Below, one piece after another: positions 1-7,892 of a stretch of 19,250 bases of DNA. The number at the start of each line of letters is the position of its first letter. The stretch's first letter is position 1. Source of the stretch: Candidatus Diapherotrites archaeon CG10_big_fil_rev_8_21_14_0_10_31_34 (GTDB taxonomy: Archaea; Iainarchaeota; Iainarchaeia; Iainarchaeales; 1-14-0-10-31-34); NCBI GenBank assembly GCA_002763225.1, contig PFAI01000020.1:1-19250 (forward strand), read 5' to 3'. The notes under the pieces are model-generated. The model did not search any database. It saw nothing but the letters and a program-made list of their open reading frames with translations, and had not been told where the DNA came from. The position numbers and the translations under genes were made by a program.

Positions 1-101
1 CAACAATTCCATTTGATGTATTAGATAAAATGATTAAACACCCATTAACAGACAAAGGAATAGAAAAATTCTTAGAAGACTGGAAAAAAACAAAAAAGTA
101 A
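1..101 (+). CDS. tal: Transaldolase (FSA/TalC family), 3' end only; 5' part outside window
   Basis: Manual translation from base 3 gives [32 protein letters not shown] (TAA 99-101). This matches the TxP...HPLTDxGxxxFxxDW C-terminus of short transaldolases/fructose-6-phosphate aldolases. Not in the ORF track. Confidence 0.85.
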   Translation, partial: TIPFDVLDKMIKHPLTDKGIEKFLEDWKKTKK

Positions 102-102
102 A

Positions 103-226
103 CTTTTACGAAAAGCAACTTTTCAAAAAAGTTGCATCAAAACAAACTTTTAATAAAAGTTTGATCAAAATTTGGTTCAACCCTTTTCCAAAGGGTTGTT
201 TTGTTTAACCTTTTTCCAAAAAGTTA
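103..226. repeat. Array of four 21-bp palindromes with 7-bp tails (REP/BIME-like), plus one partial unit
   Basis: GCAACTTTT-CAA-AAAAGTTGC (115-135) + ATCAAAA. CAAACTTTT-AAT-AAAAGTTTG (143-163) + ATCAAAA. TTTGGTT + CAACCCTTT-TCC-AAAGGGTTG (178-198). TTTTGTT + TAACCTTTT-TCC-AAAAAGTTA (206-226). Partial unit CTTTT-ACG-AAAAG (103-115). Confidence 0.85.
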
Positions 227-243
227 GTTTAATCAAAAAAAAT

Positions 244-927
244 TTATTTTTCCACTAATTTTATTTTTTTTATTTCTAAGTAACCTGAATCTTTTTGCCA
301 GTGATTTACAGAATCAATTACTTCAATCTTTTTTTTGAAGAACGGAGCATCCAAAACAAAAGTTTCATATTCCCCTCCTTCTCCTGCAACATTTAAACCA
401 ATTTTTTTGTCTAATTCAATTAAACGATTTAAAATGCTTTCATCTAATTTTCTTCCAAGCCAGTTTTCTCCCAAACCCTGGGCTGCAACTCCAACAATCA
501 AAACCTCAAAGCCATTAGAAATCAATTCCTGAACATACTCTGTTTGATTTTTCTGCCATAACGGAGAAAAACATTTTAAACCCAAATCAGAACAAATTGA
601 TTCAACCCTGTTTTTCTGGTAAGAAGAAGCTAATGCACCAGTAGTAATTCCTTTAACTGAAAAATTTTCTTTTGCTTCAGCTAAAGCATGCTTTAATTCC
701 TTTAATTCTTTTTCTGCTATTCCGGGAGTTGTTTTATACATTACAGGAATTTCTGCTGCTAACCCCTGAAAAGAAGTCAATTTAATGTTTGGAGTATGAA
801 ACATATAACTGTAAGGGTTTTCTGAAACAATTGAAACCAAAACATTTACTTTATGGTTTTGATTTAAAGCCCAGTCTACTGCATAACACGAGTCTTTGCC
901 TCCAGAAAACAATCCAGCTAATTTCAT
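244..927 (-). CDS. dph6: Diphthine--ammonia ligase / PP-loop ATP pyrophosphatase (MJ0570-like)
   Basis: PP-loop FSGGKDS, SYMFH, GALASxYQ, PLWQ and GEGGEYETFVLDAP motifs; 227 aa. Confidence 0.85.
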   Translation of the reverse strand: MKLAGLFSGGKDSCYAVDWALNQNHKVNVLVSIVSENPYSYMFHTPNIKLTSFQGLAAEIPVMYKTTPGIAEKELKELKHALAEAKENFSVKGITTGALASSYQKNRVESICSDLGLKCFSPLWQKNQTEYVQELISNGFEVLIVGVAAQGLGENWLGRKLDESILNRLIELDKKIGLNVAGEGGEYETFVLDAPFFKKKIEVIDSVNHWQKDSGYLEIKKIKLVEK

Positions 928-991
928 AAGAGAATTTATTTAGGAAAAGAATAAATACTAATATTTCCTTGTTATTATTATAGGCGTTTAT

Positions 992-1837
992 TTGAAGAAA
1001 ACAATTATTACAGGAACAATTTTAGCTAAATTGATTTTTGCTTCAGCAATTCAAGCACAAGATGTTGGCGCTCCATTGCATACAGACTCAAACGTCAAAA
1101 TACTGAAGATTGTTAAAACACCAGAGCAAATGCATTCAGTTAAAGTAACAGGAAAAAAATTTTCAGGAAGCAAGACAACAATTTCTATTCCGTTTATAAC
1201 AATTATTCAAGGAGTAAAATCTGCTGGATATATAAGTGTTGATTCAAAATCAGGAGTAAAACCTTCTCTTGCTTTAGGAGCTGCGGCAGAAAAAGCAGGA
1301 GTTAAAGCAGGATTAAGCTTTAAAGGTTTAAACATCAGAACAGGGTCAACTCATGATCCTGGAAGAGTTGTTGTTACTGTTGTGCCTGGAGTATCAATAA
1401 ATTTTGGAAAAGGATGGGAAGGAACTTTTTCAAAAGAACCAGGAAAGCCTTCAACATTTGGATTTAATCGTGTTGTTGAATTAAGTCCTGAATTAAGAAA
1501 ACAAGTTTTTGGTAAACTGTCAATTAAAGAAATAGCTTTTGGATTGAAAACTGAACTAACCAAAAGAAATAATCCTAATACAGTTTTTGGAGTTCAGGTT
1601 AAAGCAAAAAAAACTACAATAGGAGTTTCAATGTCTTCCACAAAAGAAGGCCGTGCAAAAGGAGCAATACAATTAAGACAAGCTTTTAAAGACGGTTCAA
1701 TTCAGATTTCATGGAGAGCTAACCTGCAAAAAGGTTCTCTGCCAACTAATTGGCTATCAGTTAATCTTCCATTAAAACTTATTTCAAAGAAACCAGATAC
1801 TAAAAAACAATACCAATATCGTAAAAGAAGACGTTAA
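992..1837 (+). CDS. Hypothetical secreted, basic, beta-strand-rich protein
   Basis: 281-aa ORF filling the gap between dph6 and alaX. TTG start, then a signal-peptide-like N-terminus (MKK, hydrophobic stretch, IQA|QD). No family recognised. Confidence 0.7.
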   Translation: MKKTIITGTILAKLIFASAIQAQDVGAPLHTDSNVKILKIVKTPEQMHSVKVTGKKFSGSKTTISIPFITIIQGVKSAGYISVDSKSGVKPSLALGAAAEKAGVKAGLSFKGLNIRTGSTHDPGRVVVTVVPGVSINFGKGWEGTFSKEPGKPSTFGFNRVVELSPELRKQVFGKLSIKEIAFGLKTELTKRNNPNTVFGVQVKAKKTTIGVSMSSTKEGRAKGAIQLRQAFKDGSIQISWRANLQKGSLPTNWLSVNLPLKLISKKPDTKKQYQYRKRRR

Positions 1838-1853
1838 ACAAAAGCTATTAATT
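1838..1853 (+). promoter_or_regulatory. Possible BRE/TATA for a leaderless alaX transcript
   Basis: A-rich CAAAAG followed by TATTAA (1846-1851), about 25 bp before the ATG at 1877, with no Shine-Dalgarno. Weak evidence in so AT-rich a sequence. Confidence 0.35.
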
Positions 1854-1876
1854 CATTTTCCTTTTTCTTTTATTGC

Positions 1877-2599
1877 ATGAACACAGAACTGGTTTTTTTA
1901 AAAGACTGCTATGCAAAAGAATTGCAGGCAAAAGTAGTTGAAAGCAATCCAGAAGAAAAATGGGTTGAATTAAACAAAACAATTTTTTATGCTGAATCAG
2001 GCGGACAGCCAACAGACAAAGGAAAAATTGAATGGAAAGGAACTACTTCAAACATAAGAGAAGTAAAAAAAAGAGACGGAAAAATACTTCATTTTTTGGA
2101 AGGAAAAATTCCAGAAAAAGAAACTGAAGTGAAATTGATTTTGAACTGGGATTTACGTTTAAAATATATGAGAATGCATTCAGCCCAACATCTTTTATCA
2201 GCACTCATTTTAGACAAGCATGGAGCAAGCACTGTTGGAAACCAGATTGGAGAAGAAAAAAGCAGAATGGATTTTCATCCAATAAAATTTTCTCAGGAAA
2301 TGCTGAAAGAATTTGAAGACAAATTTAATGAAATCGTTGAAAAAGGGGTTCCAATTGAAATTTCTTTTAAAGACAGAAAAACTGTGTTAGAGGAAGTAGA
2401 TGAAAAAAGAAGAGTATTGTTTTCAAGACTGCCTGAAGCAATTCAGGAAATAAGAGTAATTGAAATTCCTGGAATAGATAAATGCCCTTGCGGAGGAACA
2501 CATGTCTCTAACACAAAAGAAATAGGAAAAATAAAAATAACTGAAAGAAAAAACAAAGGAAAACAAAGAGACAGAATTACATTTGAATTAGTGGATTAG
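1877..2599 (+). CDS. alaX: Alanyl-tRNA editing protein, AlaX-M type
   Basis: TIFYAESGGQPTDKG N-domain motif and zinc ligands HxxxH (MRMHSAQHLL) and CxxxH (CPCGGTHV); 240 aa. Confidence 0.93.
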   Translation: MNTELVFLKDCYAKELQAKVVESNPEEKWVELNKTIFYAESGGQPTDKGKIEWKGTTSNIREVKKRDGKILHFLEGKIPEKETEVKLILNWDLRLKYMRMHSAQHLLSALILDKHGASTVGNQIGEEKSRMDFHPIKFSQEMLKEFEDKFNEIVEKGVPIEISFKDRKTVLEEVDEKRRVLFSRLPEAIQEIRVIEIPGIDKCPCGGTHVSNTKEIGKIKITERKNKGKQRDRITFELVD

Positions 2600-2671
2600 A
2601 ATTGAAGAAAACCAAAACCAAAGTAAATAATCTGCTTAAATACTTTTTTGTCTTTTATTTAACTGATTTAA

Positions 2672-4006
2672 ATGAATTTAAGTGAGCTAAAAAACAGGTT
2701 TTCAGTGAAAGAACTGGATGAAATAAAAGTTTTTACTGACAACGAAGAATACACAGGAATAATTCTGCCTTCAACAAACGAAAAAACTTTGACTTTAAAG
2801 CTTAAATCAGGGTATAATATTGGAGTAGGAACAGAAAGAATCACTAAAATAGAAAAAACAGGGGAAATAAAAAAAGAAATTCCAGCAGAAGAAAAAAAAA
2901 TAATGCAAATTGACGGATTACCATTAATTTCAATTTTGAATACAGGAGGAACAATTGCTTCAAGAGTTGATTACAGAACCGGAGCAGTAAGCCCTGCATT
3001 AGAACAAGAAAAGCTTATTTCAAACATTCCTGAATTAATGGAAATAGCAAACATTAAAACAAAAATAATTGAAGAAATGTTTTCAGAAAACATGCGTTTT
3101 TTTAACTACAAAAAAATAGCTGAAGAAATAGAAAAAGAAATAAAAGAAAACAATCCAAAAGGAATAATTATTGGACATGGAACAGACACAATGCATTACA
3201 CTTCAGCAGCATTAAGTTTTATGCTGGAAGGAATAAATATTCCTGTTATTTTAGTTGGCTCGCAGAGAAGCTCTGACAGAGGTTCTTCTGATGCAGCAAT
3301 GAACTTAATTTGTGCAACAGAATTCATTTCAAGAACAGATTTTGCCGGAATAGGTTTATGCATGCATGAAAGCTCTTCTGATGACAACTGTGTGATTTTA
3401 AGCGGAACAAAAAGCAGGAAAATGCATTCAAGCAGAAGAGATGCATTCAAAAGCATTAATGATGTTCCAATAGCAAGAATTAATTTTGAATCAAAAAAAA
3501 TAACATACTTAAAAACCGATTATCAGAGAAAAAAAGAAGAAACTGAATTAGCTTTAAAAGAAAAAATGGAAGAAAAAACTGTTTTAATTAAATTGTATCC
3601 AAACTTTCATTCAAAACAATTAGAGTTCTATGAAAAAGAAAACTATAAAGGAATAGTTTTAGAGGGAACAGGATTAGGTCATGCTTCAATCGGAACAAAA
3701 GCACAAGGAACCGAAGAAAACGGAAAATTGTTTGAAGCAATAAAAAAATTAAGTGAAAAAGCAGTTGTAGTAATGGCTTCACAGGCTTTTTTCGGAAGAA
3801 TTAACATGAATGTTTATTCAACCGGAAAAGATTTATTGAACGCAGGAGTAATTCCTGCAGAAGACATGACTCCGGAAACAGCTTTTATTAAACTTGCATG
3901 GCTTTTAGGAAATTATTCAAAAGAAGAAACAAAAAAACTGATTACAAAAAATTTACGGGGAGAAATAACTGAAAGAAGCGATATAAGAGGATTTAAAGTT
4001 GATTGA
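2672..4006 (+). CDS. gatD: Glu-tRNA(Gln) amidotransferase subunit D
   Basis: N-terminal LKLKSGYNIG domain and asparaginase-like motifs TGGTIASRVDYRTGAV, HGTDTM, GSQRSSDRGSSD, RKMHSSRRDAF and GTGLGH. Confidence 0.96.
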   Translation: MNLSELKNRFSVKELDEIKVFTDNEEYTGIILPSTNEKTLTLKLKSGYNIGVGTERITKIEKTGEIKKEIPAEEKKIMQIDGLPLISILNTGGTIASRVDYRTGAVSPALEQEKLISNIPELMEIANIKTKIIEEMFSENMRFFNYKKIAEEIEKEIKENNPKGIIIGHGTDTMHYTSAALSFMLEGINIPVILVGSQRSSDRGSSDAAMNLICATEFISRTDFAGIGLCMHESSSDDNCVILSGTKSRKMHSSRRDAFKSINDVPIARINFESKKITYLKTDYQRKKEETELALKEKMEEKTVLIKLYPNFHSKQLEFYEKENYKGIVLEGTGLGHASIGTKAQGTEENGKLFEAIKKLSEKAVVVMASQAFFGRINMNVYSTGKDLLNAGVIPAEDMTPETAFIKLAWLLGNYSKEETKKLITKNLRGEITERSDIRGFKVD

Positions 4007-4015
4007 GGTGGAAAA

Positions 4016-4390
4016 ATGGGTTTTGTTTCAAAAGTAGAACAGCACATTAAAACAGAATTTGAGCCAATAAAACTGCAGCATGCATATAAAGTGAGAATGA
4101 ATGCATTGCAGTTAATGGAAAAAATTGATGCAGACCAAGAAGTAGTGGAAATATCTGCTTTAATGCATGAAGCAGGAACAACTCCAATGCAAAGCTCTCT
4201 TAAAGCACTGGCTTTGTTAAGCGAATTAAATTACAATGAACACAAAAAACACAAAGTAGCAAAATTAATCAATAATCATCCGTTTGATTCATTTATTTTA
4301 GAACAAAATATTTTGTTCAGAGCAGACAATTCAGAGCATAAACAAGAAAAAAGTTTTTTAGATAAAATGAAATCGTTTTTAGGAATATGA
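4016..4390 (+). CDS. Small degenerate HD-domain-like protein
   Basis: SD GAGGTGG upstream. QHAYKV...ADQEVVEISALMHEAG...LFRAD follows the H...HD...D pattern with HE in place of HD. Amphipathic C-terminus SFLDKMKSFLGI. Confidence 0.65.
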   Translation: MGFVSKVEQHIKTEFEPIKLQHAYKVRMNALQLMEKIDADQEVVEISALMHEAGTTPMQSSLKALALLSELNYNEHKKHKVAKLINNHPFDSFILEQNILFRADNSEHKQEKSFLDKMKSFLGI

Positions 4391-4427
4391 TTTCCATCAA
4401 AAGAAAATCAAAGATTTTGGGTTGCAA

Positions 4428-5027
4428 ATGATTGAAATAGAAGTAAAACACAAAATTAAAGGAAAAAAAGAATTAAAAAAAATAAAAAATAAATTAAATC
4501 AAATTGCTCAATTCAAAAAAAAAGAAAAAGAATTAAACCTTGTATTTGATTCAGCTGATTCTTCTTTTAAAAAAAAAGGTTTTTTGTTAAGGCTAAGAAA
4601 AGCATCAAAAAACACTTTAACATTCAAAAGCAAAATTAAAGGAAAAGGAAAATTCAAGGAAAGAAAAGAAACTGAAATGCAAATTAAGGATTTTTACAGA
4701 ACAAAAAAAACTCTGGAAAAAATGAATTTTGAGCCAAAATTTATTTATGAAAAAAAAAGGGAAACATTTGAATTAAATCAAACAGAAATTTTATTGGATG
4801 AACTTCCTTTTATTGGATTTTATCTGGAAATAGAAGGAAACAAAAAAAGCATTAAAGAAGTTGAAGAAAAACTCGGGTTAAAAGAAAAAAACCGCATTAC
4901 AAAAAATTATCTGCAGTTGTTTTTGGATTACAAGAAAAAGAAAAGATTAAAAGCAGAAAACATGTTATTTTATAGTATTAAGGAGGGAAGTTTATGTTTG
5001 GATTTGGAAAAGGAAAAATTGAAGTAA
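4428..5027 (+). CDS. CYTH-domain protein (class IV adenylate cyclase CyaB-like / triphosphate tunnel metalloenzyme)
   Basis: ExExK (IEIEVK), LRLRK, LTFK, ERKETE, YEKKRETF, LDELPFIGFYLEIE and NYLQL motifs. ATG at 4428 preferred over TTG at 4422. Overlaps the next gene by 34 bp. Confidence 0.88.
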   Translation: MIEIEVKHKIKGKKELKKIKNKLNQIAQFKKKEKELNLVFDSADSSFKKKGFLLRLRKASKNTLTFKSKIKGKGKFKERKETEMQIKDFYRTKKTLEKMNFEPKFIYEKKRETFELNQTEILLDELPFIGFYLEIEGNKKSIKEVEEKLGLKEKNRITKNYLQLFLDYKKKKRLKAENMLFYSIKEGSLCLDLEKEKLK

Positions 5028-5482
5028 TACTGGAAAAATTTAATTTCAAGCCCGGAGAAACAATTAAAGGAAAAGTTAAAGTTAAAATGAATAAGCCGAC
5101 TAAAGCAAGGCAGTTAAAAGTGGTTTTTGCCGGAACCAAAACAACTTCTTCTGGAATGATGGTTGGAAATTCTAGTTTTAGTGTTGGAATAGGATCAAGA
5201 AACCACGACAAAAGAAAAACAACAACTGAATTTGTACACAAATTTGAAATGCCTTTAGACGGAGAAAAAGAGTACACTGAAGGAGAATATGATTTAGAAA
5301 TACTTGTTCCTGCAGACATCATGCAAAGAGGAAGTGGTCCAGGCGGGGAAGTGGGAGCAGCATTAAAAGCAGTTCAGTTTCTTTCTGGAAACTCAAGCAG
5401 AATCGAATGGTATATTCAGGCAACACTAGATGTAGATAAAGGACTGGATGTAAACAAAAAAGTGCAGATAAACGTCGGATGA
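4994..5482 (+). CDS. Spo0M / arrestin-N-like beta-sandwich protein
   Basis: Strong SD AGGAGGG upstream. N-terminus GFGKGKIEVILEKFNFKPGETIKGKVKV has the LEK..f.PGE.i.G.V pattern of Spo0M/arrestin-N. C-terminus has IEWYIQATLDV. Confidence 0.65.
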   Translation: MFGFGKGKIEVILEKFNFKPGETIKGKVKVKMNKPTKARQLKVVFAGTKTTSSGMMVGNSSFSVGIGSRNHDKRKTTTEFVHKFEMPLDGEKEYTEGEYDLEILVPADIMQRGSGPGGEVGAALKAVQFLSGNSSRIEWYIQATLDVDKGLDVNKKVQINVG

Positions 5483-5550
5483 AAAAAAAACAGTTAAAAG
5501 CAATATTTTAAATGGTTAATCAGTTATAAAATATTATTTCAGGTGGATAA

Positions 5551-6606
5551 ATGAATTTAGATTTTTTGTATCAGACTTTTTTTGGATACACTATACAAGA
5601 TCTTTTGATTGCAATAGGACTGCTTGTTGCAGGATATGTTGTAGGAAAAATAGTTTATTATTTATTTAAAACAGTAGGAAGAAAATTAACAGCAAAAACC
5701 AAAACAGACTTGGATGATGTTTTACTTGATGTAATTGAAGAACCAATTGTTGTAATCATTTTTTTGACTGGAGCATATAGCGCTGCAATATACTTAAAAA
5801 TGCAGGATAGATTTTTTAGTGTAATACTAAAAATGGCAGTAATCATTCTTTTGTCTTGGACTGCAATAAGATTAGTTAATGCAATAATAGAAAAAATATT
5901 GATTCCTTTAACAAAAAAAACTAAATCTGATTTTGATGACCAAATAATTCCATTGTTTTCAAAAGGAAGCAAAACAGTAATAGTAATCCTTGCATTAATA
6001 ATGTTATTAGATGTAGTGGGATTTGATGTAACTGCATTGGTTGCAGGAGCAGGAATTATCGGATTGGCTTTGGCTTTTGCAGCACAAGAAACTGTTTCAA
6101 ACCTGTTTGGAGGAGTATCTCTTTTATTGGATAAATCAATCAGGTTAGGAGACAAAATAAAGCTGGAATCAGGCGAAGTAGGAATAGTAGATGAAGTTGG
6201 GTTAAGAAGCACCAGAATAAGAACTTACTCAAATGAAACAATACTTGTTCCAAATTCTATTATGGCTAACAGCAAAATAGTCAATTTTGCCCAGCCAAAT
6301 TCTTTTGGAAGAGGAGAAATAAAATTCGGGGCAGTTTATGGAAGCGACCCGGAAAAAGTAATTAAAATAATAACAGATTTAATGAAAAGAAACCCAAATA
6401 CATCTAAACACAAGGACAGAGAACCAAAAGTGGAAATGCTTTCAATGGGAGACTTTTCATTAAATTTTACTGCAAAATTCTGGTGTGATGACTACACACA
6501 AATATGGCCAACAGAAAGAGAATTAACCATAGAAATTTATAATGGATTAAACAAAAACAAAATTGGAATTCCTTTCCCAACCCAAACAGTTTACCTGAAA
6601 AAATAA
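5551..6606 (+). CDS. mscS: Small-conductance mechanosensitive channel
   Basis: N-terminal TM helices, then TM3 LVAGAGIIGLALAFAAQETVSNLFGG, GDKI, VGLRSTRIRT, VPNS and GIPFP. SD AGGTGG. Confidence 0.94.
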   Translation: MNLDFLYQTFFGYTIQDLLIAIGLLVAGYVVGKIVYYLFKTVGRKLTAKTKTDLDDVLLDVIEEPIVVIIFLTGAYSAAIYLKMQDRFFSVILKMAVIILLSWTAIRLVNAIIEKILIPLTKKTKSDFDDQIIPLFSKGSKTVIVILALIMLLDVVGFDVTALVAGAGIIGLALAFAAQETVSNLFGGVSLLLDKSIRLGDKIKLESGEVGIVDEVGLRSTRIRTYSNETILVPNSIMANSKIVNFAQPNSFGRGEIKFGAVYGSDPEKVIKIITDLMKRNPNTSKHKDREPKVEMLSMGDFSLNFTAKFWCDDYTQIWPTERELTIEIYNGLNKNKIGIPFPTQTVYLKK

Positions 6607-6608
6607 TT

Positions 6609-6660
6609 TCGCGGTTTCGATCGCGAGTACCGATGTATGGGATAAACTCGTACTGCTTTT
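6609..6660 (+). repeat. GC-rich two-hairpin element, copy 1, followed by a T tract
   Basis: TCGCGGT-TTCG-ATCGCGA (6609-6626) and GTATGGG-ATAAA-CTCGTAC (6635-6653). 32/46 ungapped identity (hand count) to 16797-16842. Confidence 0.8.
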
Positions 6661-6710
6661 TTCTTTTTTTTAATTTAAAAATAGAATACAATTTATAGTC
6701 GACTTTTGTT

Positions 6711-7781
6711 TTAAAGCCATTTCTTTTTTCTGAAAAACAAGAACATTGAAAAAGCAACTGAAATCATTATAATCCAAAGAATTGGATAAGACCATTCCCA
6801 ATCTAATTCAGGCATATACTTGAAGTTCATTCCATAAACTCCTGCAATAAAAGTTAAGGGAATAAAAATAGTTGCAATTATTGTCAAAACTTTCATTACT
6901 TCATTCATTTTATTGCTTATGCTTGAAAGATATACGTCAAGCATTCCTGCAACCATATCCCTGAAAGTCTCAATTGTATCAATTACCTGAATTGTGTGAT
7001 CATAGACATCCCTTAAAAAAAACAGTGTCTGCTTTGAAATTAATTTTGAGTCTCCTCTCTGCATGGCGCTAATTACTTCTCTTAAAGGCCAGACAGACCT
7101 CCTCAAAAAAATCAAGTTATGTTTTAGCCTGTAAATCGTATTTAATTCTTCTTTTGAAGGATTTTCCATTACTTTTTCTTCTAACAATTCAATTTCTTCC
7201 CCTATTTTTTCTAAAACAGAAAAATAACTGTCAACTATTGCGTCAACCAAAGCATAAACAAGGTAATCTGTTCCCATTTTCCTTATTTTTCCTTTTGCAT
7301 TCCTGATTCTTTCCCTTACTCCGTCAAAAACATCTCCTTCTCTTTCCTGAAAAGAAAAAACAAAAGTTTTTCCCACAACAAAACTAATCTGTTCTATTTC
7401 CATTTTTTTTTTTCCGCCGTTAAAATAAACCATTTTCAAAACCAAAAACAAATAAGATTCAAAATCCTCTAATTTAGGTCTCTGGTTTGTGTTAACAATA
7501 TCCTCTAAAACCAATGGATGAAACTCAAAATGAGAACCAATTTTTTCAATTAAATTAAGGTCATGCAATCCAATTATATTAAACCAGGAAACACTTGATT
7601 TGTCTTTGAAAGGAAAACAATCCTCTATTTTATCTATTTTTTTTTCTTCAAAAGTTTTTTCAGTATAATCAATTAATTCAATTTTAGAATTCTCTAACTG
7701 TTTTTTTCCTACATGAACTAAAGTTCCAGGAGAAATTCCAGGTTTAGCAGAAGATTTTTTGATATATTTTGAAAGAGGCAT
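6711..7781 (-). CDS. corA: Magnesium/cobalt transporter CorA
   Basis: PGTLVHVG, HPLVLEDI, QRPKLE, MNEVMKVLT and the signature YGMNFKYMPEL between two C-terminal TM helices. Confidence 0.96.
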   Translation of the reverse strand: MPLSKYIKKSSAKPGISPGTLVHVGKKQLENSKIELIDYTEKTFEEKKIDKIEDCFPFKDKSSVSWFNIIGLHDLNLIEKIGSHFEFHPLVLEDIVNTNQRPKLEDFESYLFLVLKMVYFNGGKKKMEIEQISFVVGKTFVFSFQEREGDVFDGVRERIRNAKGKIRKMGTDYLVYALVDAIVDSYFSVLEKIGEEIELLEEKVMENPSKEELNTIYRLKHNLIFLRRSVWPLREVISAMQRGDSKLISKQTLFFLRDVYDHTIQVIDTIETFRDMVAGMLDVYLSSISNKMNEVMKVLTIIATIFIPLTFIAGVYGMNFKYMPELDWEWSYPILWIIMISVAFSMFLFFRKKKWL

Positions 7782-7892
7782 GCACTAATAAATATCCTTT
7801 CAGGTTATTATTTTTAACTGGAGAGAAAAAAACCAAAAAAAATCTCTTTAAATTAATTTATTGTTTCTTTATATTAAAGGTTTTTATTAGGA

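Noticed and set aside
103..226. CRISPR array
   Set aside because: The palindromes are separated by constant 7-bp tails rather than unique spacers of about 30-40 bp, the orientation flips, and no cas genes are present.
4994..5027. Functional significance of the 34-bp CYTH/Spo0M-like overlap
   Set aside because: The CYTH tail beyond the NYLQL region looks like a non-conserved run-on, and short overlaps are common in compact genomes.
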